Shown here: one piece after another, positions 51,354 through 62,622 of the stretch
Numbering within the stretch: the first letter of the stretch is position 1
How the letters are laid out: each line of letters opens with the position of its first letter
Origin: Nemertoderma westbladi
Taxonomy: Eukaryota; Animalia; Xenacoelomorpha
Length of the DNA stretch: 62,622 nt
Direction of reading: 5' to 3'
NCBI GenBank assembly: GCA_032718475.1
Contig: JAUCBJ010005048.1
Location: forward strand, 1 to 62,622
Made by a program: the position numbers and the translations under genes
The notes under the pieces: model-generated
Database searches by the model: none
What the model was told of the DNA's origin: nothing
The model's input: the letters and a program-made list of their open reading frames with translations, nothing else

Positions 51354-52800
51354 TCAAAGATGCACTCGCTGACAAGCAGTCCCGTTATGGACGCCCCACA
51401 CAACACATCCGTATTCTAGAATAGGCTTAATAAGAGCGTCGAACAACTTTATCTTTAATTCAAAGGATAGACCTGGGAATCTGTGAAGATACTTCAATAG
51501 AGAGAAATACGCCTTTGCACCCTTTTCTACGGAGCCCCTAAAGGGACATTTGTGAAGAGATATATTTTTTTTAGTAACACGTACGAACGTGTTACCTAAC
51601 ACGTTCGCACGTGTTACCTAACACGTTCGCACGTGATACTAACACGTTCGCACGTGTTACCTAACACGTTCGCACGTGTTACCTAACACGTTCGCACGTG
51701 ATACTAACACGTTCGCACGTGTTACTAACACGTTCGAACGTGTACTAACACGTTCGAACGTGTTACCTAACACGTTCGCACGTGTTACCTAACACGTTGC
51801 GACACGTGTTACCTAACACGTTCGCACGTGATACTAACACGTTCACACGTGTTACCTAATACGTTCGAACGTGTTAGCAAAATACTGAGAAATGCTCGCT
51901 ATTGGACAACTTCGTAAATATTATTCTGGAAAATAACTGGGGGTAAATTTAAAAAATAAATCAGAGTGGTATCTTCTAGACATTGTTTCGGTGACCTGTT
52001 AGCTGAGGTGAACCTCTGATATGCCTCTGTCTGTAAGTATATTATAGTATACACCACTCCACCATGAACCCATCACTTAACAGTATAATACGAGAATATT
52101 TCGAACGTTCGATTGCATATAAAGACATTTTAACACGTTCGAACGTGTTAGTATCACGTGCGAACGTGTTAGGTAACACGTGCGAACGTGTTAGTATCAC
52201 GTGCGAACGTGTTAGGTAACGTGCGAACGTGTTAGGTAACACGTGCGAACGTGTTAGGTAACACGTGCGAACGTGTTAGTATCACGTGCGAACGTGTTAG
52301 GTAACACGTTCGAACGTGTTAGGTAACACGTTCGAACGTGTTAGTATCACGTGCGAACGTGTTAGGTAACACGTTCGAACGTGTTAGTATCACGTGCGAA
52401 CGTGGTACTAAAAAAAAAATATCTCTTCACAAATGTCCCTTTAGGGGCTCCGTACTTTTCCGCCAGAGCAGCCTGGCCCTGGCCTTTAAAAAGTTACCAG
52501 TTGAAGATAACACAACGCCAAGATATGTGTAAGAATGTATACCCTTTAATTGACAATCCCGGAATAGCCATTTTTCGTTACAAGCATGTTGTCCACCCCT
52601 CCTAAAAACCACAATGTCAGATTTATCCATATTGTCCAGAAATGCCCAGTAGGATGTGTAATCACTTAAGACATCAATGGCAGCTTGCAAGCCTTGCACA
52701 GAATCACTAAAAAGACGATGTAAAGAAACAAAAACAGTTTAAAGGTACTTCAAGACCTTCTAATCCGCTACCTTTTAATTCACCCTCCAGATCATTAATG
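51354..52800 (-). mobile_element. CR1-group (L2/Crack-like) LINE RT fragment interrupted by a MITE
   Basis: QGLQAAIDVLSDY..., YTYLGVVLSSTGNF, LFDALIKPILEYGCVVWG; removing the MITE and one TSD copy restores ALAEKGAKAYFSL. Confidence 0.8.
51528..52454. mobile_element. non-autonomous DNA transposon, IS3EU-like, with inverted minisatellite arms
   Basis: TIR TACGGAGCCCCTAAAGGGACATTTGTGAAGAGAT; 6-bp TSD CTTTTC (51522-51527, 52455-52460); arms of 22-23-bp aacacgttcgcacgtgttacct repeats in opposite orientation. Confidence 0.8.
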
Positions 52801-52819
52801 CACCGCTACATGTTTCCAT

Positions 52820-53060
52820 GTAGCGGTCTCTCAATAGGATCTCTGATACGATTTAATATAATTCTATTGTATGGCTTTTCAGCTGTCAAGATCAACGAGA
52901 TTCCCCGAAAAGATCCAGTGTTAGGTTGCCCTACTTCGTGGGAACTGGCACCAACTTATTTGTTTCCATTTCTTGTGGGACTCTTGTTTCTGTGCATGTC
53001 TATTATGATTGGGTAAATGAGCTTCAAACACGTCAGGGGTACCATCTGCTCCACTAGGAT
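52820..53060 (-). mobile_element. diverged RTE fragment of the same family as 5422-7081
   Basis: Colinear with about 6780-7025 (gagattccccgaaaaga, gggaactggcaccaacttatttgttt). Confidence 0.85.
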
Positions 53061-53339
53061 TGATTGGTCTTAATACAAACCGCCATTGTTAATAAATGAC
53101 TTCCAGTACCTTGGATCATGTATAGAGTAATAGAGAGCAGTAGATAATACAGGTTAGGAAAGTAGAGTTTTATGATACAATACGACCTGTATCATCTCTA
53201 CAACTCTACCTGATCGCAGACTGTGATTCAGTCAGTACTGCTGGAGGAAGTAAAAACGAGGTCACACCAGATTGTCGTCATACCAGACGGCCCACATGCA
53301 ATAAGAAATTATTGATTTTGAAAATTTCGCTACAGAATA

Positions 53340-54250
53340 ATAAAATAAATCAATCAACCTGTAGGAATTTACCATTCAAATGTACCGTCCTTGCTAGCCA
53401 TAGTTCGAGCTGAACTGCTGCGCATTCGCCGACTATCGGATTCAACAAATATTTTCAAACAACAAAGGCATTTATATCTCGAAAAGTGTAAACTCAGAGG
53501 ATACATTCTTGAACTTCCTTTTAAGTTTGTATACGTGGGACCCACCCCAATGTTTAACATCCATTGTAGCCAACAACACTTTCCGCATTCACCAAGCCAT
53601 ACAAATCAACAAAACAACATAAAACCGCCTACCCAACGTTTCTATCTGTCAACGACACCACAATTTATCCCTACCCTCAGCAAAGTTGTACGTCGGCATA
53701 ACAGACGAGTTCAGCACCTTGGTGTAACATTACATACTGTCCCACGAAATGCACCTACTTTGGGAAAGCTTATAATACGCAAACAGGAACCACAAACAGC
53801 TCAAGGTAACCATGCATGTTTGCAGCCCCGCTGCCTCACCTGCTTGGCAATTGCGGATATGAAGGATGGGACAGCATGGGGCGAGCCAATCATCGGGAGG
53901 TTTGATTGTAAATCCAGCAACGTTCTACTGTATATATCATTAAATGTAAAACTCACCACTATCAATACTACCTCGGTCAAACTGAACAACGTCTGCACAA
54001 GAGGCTCAATAAACATCGGGAGAACATCAACAGCTACGGGAAAGCTCTGGATAAGGCAATAAAGAACAACAAGCCGAATCTACTGTGACAACAACTGACC
54101 CGGAGGTGCTACTGCTTCAACATTTCAGTAGCTGTAATAATTACGAAGTAACATGCGTCCAGCAATTTCGTAACCACCAGCGTCGCATTCATACTGAAGC
54201 ATTAATTGCCTCCGCCCACCCCTCAATAAACTGGTACAGTACCACTTCTA
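53340..54250 (+). mobile_element. Penelope-like element 3' fragment (thumb, linker, GIY-YIG)
   Basis: AELLRIRRLS; CLQPRCLTC Zn-linker; FDCKSSNV; after a frameshift YYLGQTEQRLHKRLNKHRENI. Confidence 0.82.
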
Positions 54251-56482
54251 TAGAATGAAACTTTGACCCGATGGCTCGCCCCCACCTAACATTTGGATAT
54301 AACAAACTCACACCACCTCTAATAATTAATTAACTGTACGCTCTAGTTGTTTAGTTGTTTACTCTTCATTCTCTATATTATATCACTACAACAACATATA
54401 ACTTACATAATACTCTAATCTGTTTGCTTGGTGCTTTAATACACATTTGTGTCAGCCAGCTGTACTGTACGCTGTACGAGCCGAACATATTAGTATTCAA
54501 TAGGTAATACCCAACTTTTATAAAAAACTTTTTAAAAATTGTAATAATATGTAATCTTGTAGGGATTCCTTTTATTTAGTAACAGTAATATGTGTCTTTT
54601 TCTCCCCCTCAATTATATGCAGCTCATGGCTTAGGTATTCTTTTCCTTTCTTTTAAATAATATATTTTAATGATTTTTTATTTCAGAACCAACATTTTTT
54701 ATAATTTTTTTACCCTTTTACCAGCCTCACTTTTATTTGTAAATTTATAATTCAACGACTTAATATCGGAACCAACAATTTTTAATCATTTATTGGTTTT
54801 AACGTTATCCCCTTTTTTTAAATACGTAATTTTGCTGTTACCTATTTTTACCGAGCCAACAATATATTTAGCACCCTTTTTAGTTTTATTTTTAAAATTT
54901 TTAACACGTCTAATACCTTAACAACACATGTAGCCTACAATTCTATCTCTAGGCCTACATACAGTATTACGACAAATCTGAAATATGTAATCTATTCTAT
55001 ATCGGAATTTGGTGGCATAATAATTAGTATATTGTGTTTTAATACAAACTATTTTTGTTAACCGTGGCATTAGACACTTTCTACAGTCATTATTCCTGAA
55101 ATTCAAATTCACGGTAGACGCTTAACGCAAATACAGTAGGTCTACCTACAGTACTGTAGGCACTTTCCATAGATAAATAATTACTATATTGTATTACATG
55201 CTAATTACGATATTATCATGGTAATGGTACTAAGGCTACCTAGAATACTTGATTTCTTTCAGTTATACTGTACTAAAAATAAAAACAATAACGTTTATCT
55301 TACCGGCATCCGTATGGTACAATATCATGGTATTTATTTTCCCGAAAAATGTTAAATCCTGAACTTTTCATTTTCATGAGTGGGATAAAAAGGTAAATTT
55401 AATGATGAAAACATAGATAAAAACATAGAAAGCGCTCGTAAATAGGGAAATATTTCCATGTCAATATCGTTGGCATATAAATCTCCCTTTGTTGCTTTCC
55501 AACAAAAGGTCCAACAACAGGGCGGTGTTTTCCTCTGCATGCAGTGACAACCGGCTTGAAAATCTGGCCCATGTAAAGTACACCAGTCTTTCTGCTATAA
55601 TATTTCACTTTGCAGTTAACCCCCAAGTGAAGAATACCATAGGATTTCACTAAACAACCAAGTTTCAGAAAGGGAGAATCAAACCAAAACAATACACGTA
55701 TTAGTATATATACAGAAAACAAGATACGAGTAAGCGATGAAACACTTAATAATAAATTTTTTAAATAATTTCAAGCGAAAAGTGAAAACCTGGTATTCTT
55801 CACATGGGCGATAAAACTCGTGTTTTGGTTCGGATTCTTTGAGGTCGCCCCGGGGTCTGTTGTTCGTGGTTCGTTTTAGATTCGCGGACGGTTTGGCATC
55901 AGCGAGACGACAGTACACATTTTCGTCGGCCTAGCAACAACTGTCCGATGGGCAGAAAGTGTTGGATGTCTGATGGTCTGGTGTGCTGTATGCTTTATAC
56001 GTAGGCACTCGTGTACAGTACATGTCATTTATAAGTCCTTGACTACTGACGCCTTTTGACAGAAAGCAGGTGTATGTACCAGTTACTCGGTTCACCTACT
56101 CTCCGCGAAAGCTTAGTAAAGTGGTTTAATTTAAACCCACAATAATTAATATTTAACAGTTTCATGCACCGGGATATAAAGAACACACTTTATATATCAC
56201 CGGGAGTAAATAAGAGAAATGTGATTTATTCCCGTAAGTTACCCTATAATTCCACAATAAAGAAAATTTTTTCGGAATAAAAAATAATAATTTTTCAAAC
56301 CAATTATGTTTCGATGTGAAGAAGTCTTTGAATTTATGGATAGAGAGTTACGTATATGATATAATGGTGTGACAGCACTTTTCATCAAGATTGAAGGCAG
56401 TAATTTTCAAATTAAGTAATTCCAAATATCTAATGTATAATACAGTACTAAGTGTTGATTATATGATGAAAATACCCGTAAT

Positions 56483-58183
56483 TCAATAATTAAGCTTTGT
56501 ATTTTGGTTGTAGAAAAATACTTTTTTGGTTAACGTTGTTTTCGGAAGAGAAACCTGTTTGGATAGATCGACGAAAGTCGCGTTAGTCATCCTACGATTA
56601 ACTTCAGTAAGAATCGAAATCAGATCGTGTTTATTGGCAAACTCGTCGATACAATTACACAACTCCTTTATGTAATATCCTCTATAGGACAAGTGACCAG
56701 GCGTGGTTGAATGGGCGATTAGGAAGTCCTGCTCCGATGCGACGTAATGCGATGGGGCCCCGACGCTGTCAGTCGGAGGCAGTTTTGCGCTCTCCATAGA
56801 CTTCAGCCCCATGCAAGCCTGGAAAAAGAACATTTTTGGTTTCCTCGCCAATTGAGGACAAACTGTGGCTTGGAAGTGCCTGGTTAATTGAGAGTATTCA
56901 ATAGGTATTCCGTCGGATCCATACAGAAACCCATCCCTTCCATGTGTCATTACGAAACAAACAAACGAGTCGCAATCGTTGTGCCTTGGATCGCGAGAGA
57001 GTTCACAGAAAACGTCATTGAGAAATATCGCCGACAAATCGTTCGCCTTTGCCACGGTGTAACCAAGCTTTGTGAACGTTTTCTCCAGTCTTTCGACATC
57101 TTCCTCACTTCCTACTCTGTCCTCTAAATCTTCGTCATCTGAATTCGTTTTCGTAAAGTGATAATTGTTGATTATAAGACACAATCCATGAGGATTTTTG
57201 AACATATCATATTGAAGGTCTGGCCCTTCGCGGGAGGAAGGCTGATCTTCCTGAACAGATTTACTGTCTGCATCGCGATGTTGGTTTCCAAACATTACCT
57301 CAGTGAACGATAATTCGTTGACCCCTGTCGAAGGGGCAGCTTTATTTTGTCTTTCTCGCGTCTCCTCCTGATACGATTGCCTCGCTTCACTGACAACAAT
57401 ACCCATATTTCCATGACGACACTGTGCAAACCAAACACTTCCGGTATATTTGTCCACTTTAGCCTGTGTCTGTCTTAGATGAGCGTTTGCGCCCACAAAA
57501 TCAGCTAAGACAGAGACATCCTTCTCGCTAATGATTCTAGACTTTTCTAGAACGCGTATAAGTCCTATAGTATCGGCAACATCATCCCAATCACAACGAG
57601 GTGCCACGGAACGCCCTGTCCGACATATACACTTGAAATCTTCGAAATCCTTCTTGGTAAAATCTTTAATAACCTCGTAAAGTAGTGCCCGATACGGCGA
57701 GAAGTAGGTGAAGGGATTCTGATGGATTTTGTTATGTATTTTTAAACGATCCGTATTGAATATTTGAAGTAGGTCCATTCGTACCACCATGTAGAGAAGT
57801 ATCTCTAAAAATCCCGTGTTATTCTCAGCAATGAGTCCTGTTTGGCAGAGTTCTTGGAACAGTTTCAATCCCGAATCAATTTCCTCCATTCTATTCTCGT
57901 CGATTTTGTCGGAACACAAGAACTTCATGTGTCGAATGTCGCGTCGCTTTAGATTGTTGGCCACTCGTATTAGTTGGGTTTGGAAAGTTCCGTGGTCGAT
58001 CCTTGCCGCATCCACTGGGGGATTATTCACATGGCCTCTCTCGGAAGGTGAAGAATCGTCATGTACAACGTTTCTCATAGTTGCCATTACTAAACGAAGA
58101 CGTAGTTGTTGTTTAAACAACGTCTTATTGTAACCGAGTAATGAACAATGTTTATTAATTTTAGGCTTTTCATGTACACTCAT
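56483..58183 (-). CDS. casp8: caspase-8/10-like initiator caspase with tandem DEDs, single coding exon
   Basis: 566-aa ORF with DED motifs (MKFLC, RMDLL, SPYRALLYEV, LEK), GLCLIINN, CFVMTHG (catalytic His), KPKMFFFQACMG (catalytic Cys), DFLIAHST, TLTKKVFF; cag acceptor immediately before the ATG. Confidence 0.93.
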   Translation of the reverse strand: MSVHEKPKINKHCSLLGYNKTLFKQQLRLRLVMATMRNVVHDDSSPSERGHVNNPPVDAARIDHGTFQTQLIRVANNLKRRDIRHMKFLCSDKIDENRMEEIDSGLKLFQELCQTGLIAENNTGFLEILLYMVVRMDLLQIFNTDRLKIHNKIHQNPFTYFSPYRALLYEVIKDFTKKDFEDFKCICRTGRSVAPRCDWDDVADTIGLIRVLEKSRIISEKDVSVLADFVGANAHLRQTQAKVDKYTGSVWFAQCRHGNMGIVVSEARQSYQEETRERQNKAAPSTGVNELSFTEVMFGNQHRDADSKSVQEDQPSSREGPDLQYDMFKNPHGLCLIINNYHFTKTNSDDEDLEDRVGSEEDVERLEKTFTKLGYTVAKANDLSAIFLNDVFCELSRDPRHNDCDSFVCFVMTHGRDGFLYGSDGIPIEYSQLTRHFQATVCPQLARKPKMFFFQACMGLKSMESAKLPPTDSVGAPSHYVASEQDFLIAHSTTPGHLSYRGYYIKELCNCIDEFANKHDLISILTEVNRRMTNATFVDLSKQVSLPKTTLTKKVFFYNQNTKLNY

Positions 58184-58757
58184 CTGCTCAAGCCAAAAGA
58201 ATTACATGAACATGGAAATATAGGTTTTCAAAATAGATTTAACTAAAATTTTAAATAAAAGTACACTAATTATAATCTGCAATAATTATGAAATAAAATA
58301 TTATAATATACACTATATTATATAGGCCTACTATACTTTGTACAAATAAAATGAAATAAACATCTTCTTTATAATATTAAACTACTTCGCGTTTCATATT
58401 TTGGCTATGGCATAAGGTTCGATTGTACCTACACATGATTCATTACTTGCCAACATTGTATTTTCCAGGTTAATAAAAGACAGTCAGTGCTTGGGGAAAT
58501 TACGAGGAGATATAACCAATTGGAGTTTACCACCGCCCTCTGATATTACTGTTGGCTTATCAATAATGAGACATTACTCAACTATATCATAACAGTACAA
58601 ACACAAATGGCTCAGTACATAGAAATCTAATTTCGAAAGCATTAATTCAGTAATTAAAACTAATGTATGCTGAGTGAGTAATAGTAATTATGAACATAAT
58701 GTATCCTTAAGGGAGGAGGGGGGGTGGGGGGGTTACCCCTTGCCTTTTTTTTCATCA

Positions 58758-59786
58758 GATTTTTTTTAATGTGTTTTCCGATGTAAATTTTTGTGTTGAT
58801 TCCAAATCTGAAATCAATTTTTCGACAAGTTGTTTTGTTCTCGAGTTATGGCAACTTTTGTAATTTTCATCCAAAATTTAAAAAATTTTAATTTTGGTGC
58901 AGCACCACATTTGACACCAAAAAAGACCGTCGAACACCCAGAAATGTCGAAATGTTTTGCCATTTTCGGAATTGGCGCCGCAAATTAGCCTATAGGTATC
59001 AAAACCGCAAAAGTAATCAGGAGTTGTAATCAGGAGGAAATTTAAAACACGTTTTTCTCAGTTTATAATTTTTTTCACATAATTCCCTATTAGTTCTGTA
59101 ATTTTTAACCGATTTTAATTCTGTTTGCGTTTTTTCGAAGCTCATCCTGGTGTCGCCAACAAACGATACTACCAGCTTTATTTTGTTTTTAATTATGTCA
59201 AAAGTTACAGCATTTAAAATCTCAAAATATGCTAAAAATACCCGAATTTTGAAAATACTAGAATTTTTAGCATATTTTGATATATAACTTATAATGGTAA
59301 CTTTTGATATAATAAAAAATAAAATAAATCTGGTAGTATCGTTTGTTGGCGACACCAGGAGCTTCGAAAAAACCCAAACAGAATTAAAATTGGTTAAAAA
59401 TTACAGAACTACAGTAGTAGGGAAAAAAATGATAAACCGAGAAAAACGTGTTTTAAATTTCCCCCTGATTACAACAGACCAAACATGCACCAAAATGTGA
59501 ATTTTTTTAAATTTTTAAAAAATGATCTTCTTTTGCGGTTTTGATACCTATAGGCTAACTTTCCGCGCCGATTCCGAAAATGGCAAAACATTTCGACATT
59601 TCTGGGTGTTTGACGGTCTGTTTTGGTGTCAAATGAGGTGCTGCACCAAAATTAAAAATTTTCAAATTTTGGTTGAAAATTACAAAAGTTGCCATAACTC
59701 GAGAACAAAACAACTTGTCGAAAAACTGATTTCAAATTTGGAATCACCACACAAATTTACATCGGAAAGCACATTAAAGAAAATCT
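58758..59786. mobile_element. foldback or long-inverted-repeat element
   Basis: About 500-bp inverted arms centred near 59265 (e.g. gtgtcgccaacaaacgatactaccag / ctggtagtatcgtttgttggcgacac); termini and TSD unresolved. Confidence 0.82.
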
Positions 59787-60054
59787 TCTAGAGGATATAG
59801 AATTCATCATGAAGATAATTCAGTGTTTTCCTGTTACACCCCCCACCCCCAGTTCTGTTACACCCCCAGAATGTCCATTTACCTCCCCCCCCCCTCGTGC
59901 TGTTACCACATTCCATTCCTGTTACCCCCCGTTACACGTAACGATTCCTGTTAACCTCCTCCAACCCCACATTGGATATTATTTGCAGGATATAAGCGCT
60001 AGTGAATATATAAACTTGATAGGAAAATTTTTTTTGTATACGATATTGTTAACA

Positions 60055-60250
60055 ACATCGTTTATTGTTTTTGTTAGAAAAACCAGTCTCTGTAACCTGC
60101 TCCTTTCCCAAAATTGCTGACATCATCGTTTATTGTATTGGTTAGAAAAAGCCGTCTCTGCAACCTGCTCCTATCCCTCAATTGGTAACAATATCGTTTA
60201 TTATTTTGGTTAGAAAAAGCCTTCTATGTAACCTGCTCCTTTCCCTCACC
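60055..60250. repeat. about 68-bp tandem repeat, 3 copies
   Basis: atcgtttatt...gttagaaaaa...aacctgctcct.tccc three times; one related unit at about 34740-34790. Confidence 0.8.
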
Positions 60251-60412
60251 AACTAAAATTCGTAGTGACAAGTTTATTAAAACCACTTTATTTTAACTAA
60301 ATAATAACATATAAGATGACAACTTAACTAGCTGAAAGCTCAACAAGTTTAACAGCACTGCGTACGCGATAGTCCCTAATTTGTCAGCGTTTACACCTGT
60401 ACATAGTGTACA

Positions 60413-61005
60413 ATGGTAGTGGTTGGCGGATTCTTTCTTCCACATGGCGGACAGGCAATGGACCCGCTATATTTGGACAAATGTTTGCCTCCTTCGTCCC
60501 ATGAAATAGCCTGGAAACTCCATAACGCCAGTATTATATGCGGCCAAGCTATCGCCGAACTGAAACCCGATTTAATATTCGTTACTTCGCCTCATGGACA
60601 TACCGATTATAAGAATCACACTTTGTATTTGGGTGAGGAAGCTTTTGGGAATCTCACAGAAGAAGATAAAAATTCCCCAGACACTGATCACTGCTACCTA
60701 CCTTTAGATAAATATCCCGTATCTTTAGTCTGGATAATCTGGATAGGAAACTTTCCAAAAACATAATAGAAACCTTAGATAAATCCTTCCCTACTTCCGG
60801 TATTCGGTTTAACGGGGTGGTTCCAGTTCCGCTCCACTGGGGCGAGATCATCCCGTTGGCTTTCATTTCACCCAAATTCCTCAAATCGACTAAAGGAGTT
60901 ATCTTGAATCCGCCGAGCATGCGAATCGCACGCGATGGTTACCGTGCGCTGTGCGCCGAAACTAGCCGCCTAGGCAACGCGTTGTTCACCTTCTTTGATT
61001 GCTAA
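60413..61005 (+). pseudogene. LigB-family (class III extradiol dioxygenase subunit B-like) gene, frameshifted and truncated
   Basis: GGFFLPHG, LKPDLIFVTSPHG and PLHWGEIIPL motifs; frameshift near 60730 at a short tctggata duplication; stop at 61003-61005 before the expected C-terminal part. Confidence 0.72.
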
Positions 61006-61611
61006 GTGTAAAAATGCTAATCTTTAGAATAACATCATATCACGCCTGCCTTGCGATAGCAGCCAATAAAAGCAGAGCTGATCACGCCTTACTACAAAAC
61101 CAAGTAGCCTGAAATTAAAATTACGCTAAAACTGCAACCCTTAAGAGTAGGGAGTTAAAAGTTTGTGTCATCTAAACTTCGCGAATCCCGGTAAGAATCA
61201 TTTGGTCACACAATCTACAATAATTAAAGGTTTCTTATGGGTCTTCACAAAGAAGATTATAGCACAAAGATTACGTTCCATGTTACCATGTTACGTTCCT
61301 TCGTTATGTAAGTATAAAACATCAGTTACGATTTACCTTAAGTCTTGTTATAGTTCGTTTACAGTATATCATGCAAATCAAGCATAAGGAGTATATATGA
61401 AGTGTGTGGTGAATGTCACCTTAACTGTTAAGTTAGCATTACAATTATTAAGCTCGTATAAGAAACAACACCAAATAAAATTTTTATTACATTACTATCA
61501 CAGATAAACAAATAAAAACAATTTTAACAATCCCATTAATACCCATCACCAGGATACAATGATACTTTTAAAACTTAATGGTAATTTTGAAAATTTTTAG
61601 TTTAAAGCGCG

Positions 61612-61908
61612 CTAGACGCAAGGTAGCCCAGCACCGTCATCAAGCCCTAGGCCGCTCCTCCACTTCACCCTGGATCCCCGAAGGCAGTGGGTGGCGCCGC
61701 GGATGACCGCCAGCTGGATGCGGGTGCGAACCCAGCCCATGGTGACGCTGTAGGGACGCCCCCATGACCGATGCAGCCGGTCAGCCACCACGCGAAGCAG
61801 GTGATTTGCCTGAGGAGCGAGTACTCCGCAGCAGGACGCAACGAAAGGCGAAAAGTCGCCTCTTCGAGCGGTAACTACGTCCGCATAGAGCCGCCTCTTC
61901 TCGTCTTG
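61612..61908 (-). mobile_element. 3' end of a CRE-clade non-LTR retrotransposon (restriction-like endonuclease C-terminus)
   Basis: Not in the ORF track because it lacks a start. Translates QDEKRRLYADVVTARRGDFSPFVASCCGVLAPQANHLLRVVADRLHRSWGRPYSVTMGWVRTRIQLAVIRGATHCLRGSRVKWRSGLGLDDGAGLPCV*; GC-rich island. Confidence 0.82.
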
Positions 61909-62213
61909 TATAGGTCAGTACAATTTGTATTATGAAATGTGATTATGTCTAATATTCTCGATGAATCATTCATTCAACTTGCGGTTTTTTGTATAGGGTC
62001 AAATCTTTTAGAACGTAGAGGTGTGGGGTGGGCCGATGGGTGTTGTTTTTCTGCTAAAACTCTCGTTGGAGGGAGGGGTGATGAGTTGTGGAGTTGTAGC
62101 AATTCCGCGGCAATAATGCCCCTCAATGAAGAGACCACCTTTACTATTAGGGACGTGTTGTTCAATTAATAAATGCAAAATAAATGAACCCGTGAAAATG
62201 ACGCCAATGCATA

Positions 62214-62245
<32 letters not shown>

Positions 62246-62622
62246 TCGTGACGCAATAACTATTACATAACATCATCGGTATTGTGGGAAAGTGCACTTT
62301 GCAGCGTTGTGACCCGATTGTATTTATGTACCGAGCGAGCGCAGAGAGGAATGTTTTTATAAATAAACAAGAGTCTTTAACGCATTCTAATACATTATTT
62401 CATACTATAATAGATTCTGGAACGCGGTACTTTAAGTTGTTTCCGTGTTATTGATTACTTTGCAGCGTTACGAGTAATTCACCAGAACGCTGATAAGTTC
62501 ACATGACATAATGTAACAATAACAATTTAACCCCCTCCATGGGATAATTATATACGCTATTGACATCTCATTCATTACTAGGAAAATTGTAACTGCAACC
62601 TGTGCTACAGTATTGATTTTCG

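Noticed and set aside
59017-59791. Paired ORFs 59017-59355, 59294-59500 and 59522-59791
   Set aside because: Mirror translations of foldback arms with no protein motifs.

Overview
Repeat-rich genomic DNA from an animal, most likely a marine invertebrate (inferred from the TE repertoire, spliced genes and a DED-caspase). Host genes are the last three exons of a CCDC151/ODAD3-like ciliary gene, an 8-unit polyubiquitin, an intronless caspase-8-like gene and a frameshifted LigB-family dioxygenase. About half the window is two related minus-strand BEL/Pao LTR retrotransposons: A (7585-18264) keeps pol but has lost gag through a rearrangement, and B (37893-50364) keeps gag and protease but has lost most of pol. 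The rest is three satellite arrays, RTE, CR1-group, CRE and Penelope retroelement fragments, and several non-autonomous DNA transposons. The most notable system is the BEL/Pao family. It has no tRNA-type PBS; the 11 nt next to the 5' LTR are perfectly complementary to an 11-mer inside the LTR, suggesting Tf1-like self-priming. It also carries a decayed but selection-marked orphan ORF of about 490 codons behind a conserved splice acceptor, and duplicated structured-RNA modules. All identities come from manual motif recognition; no searches were run.
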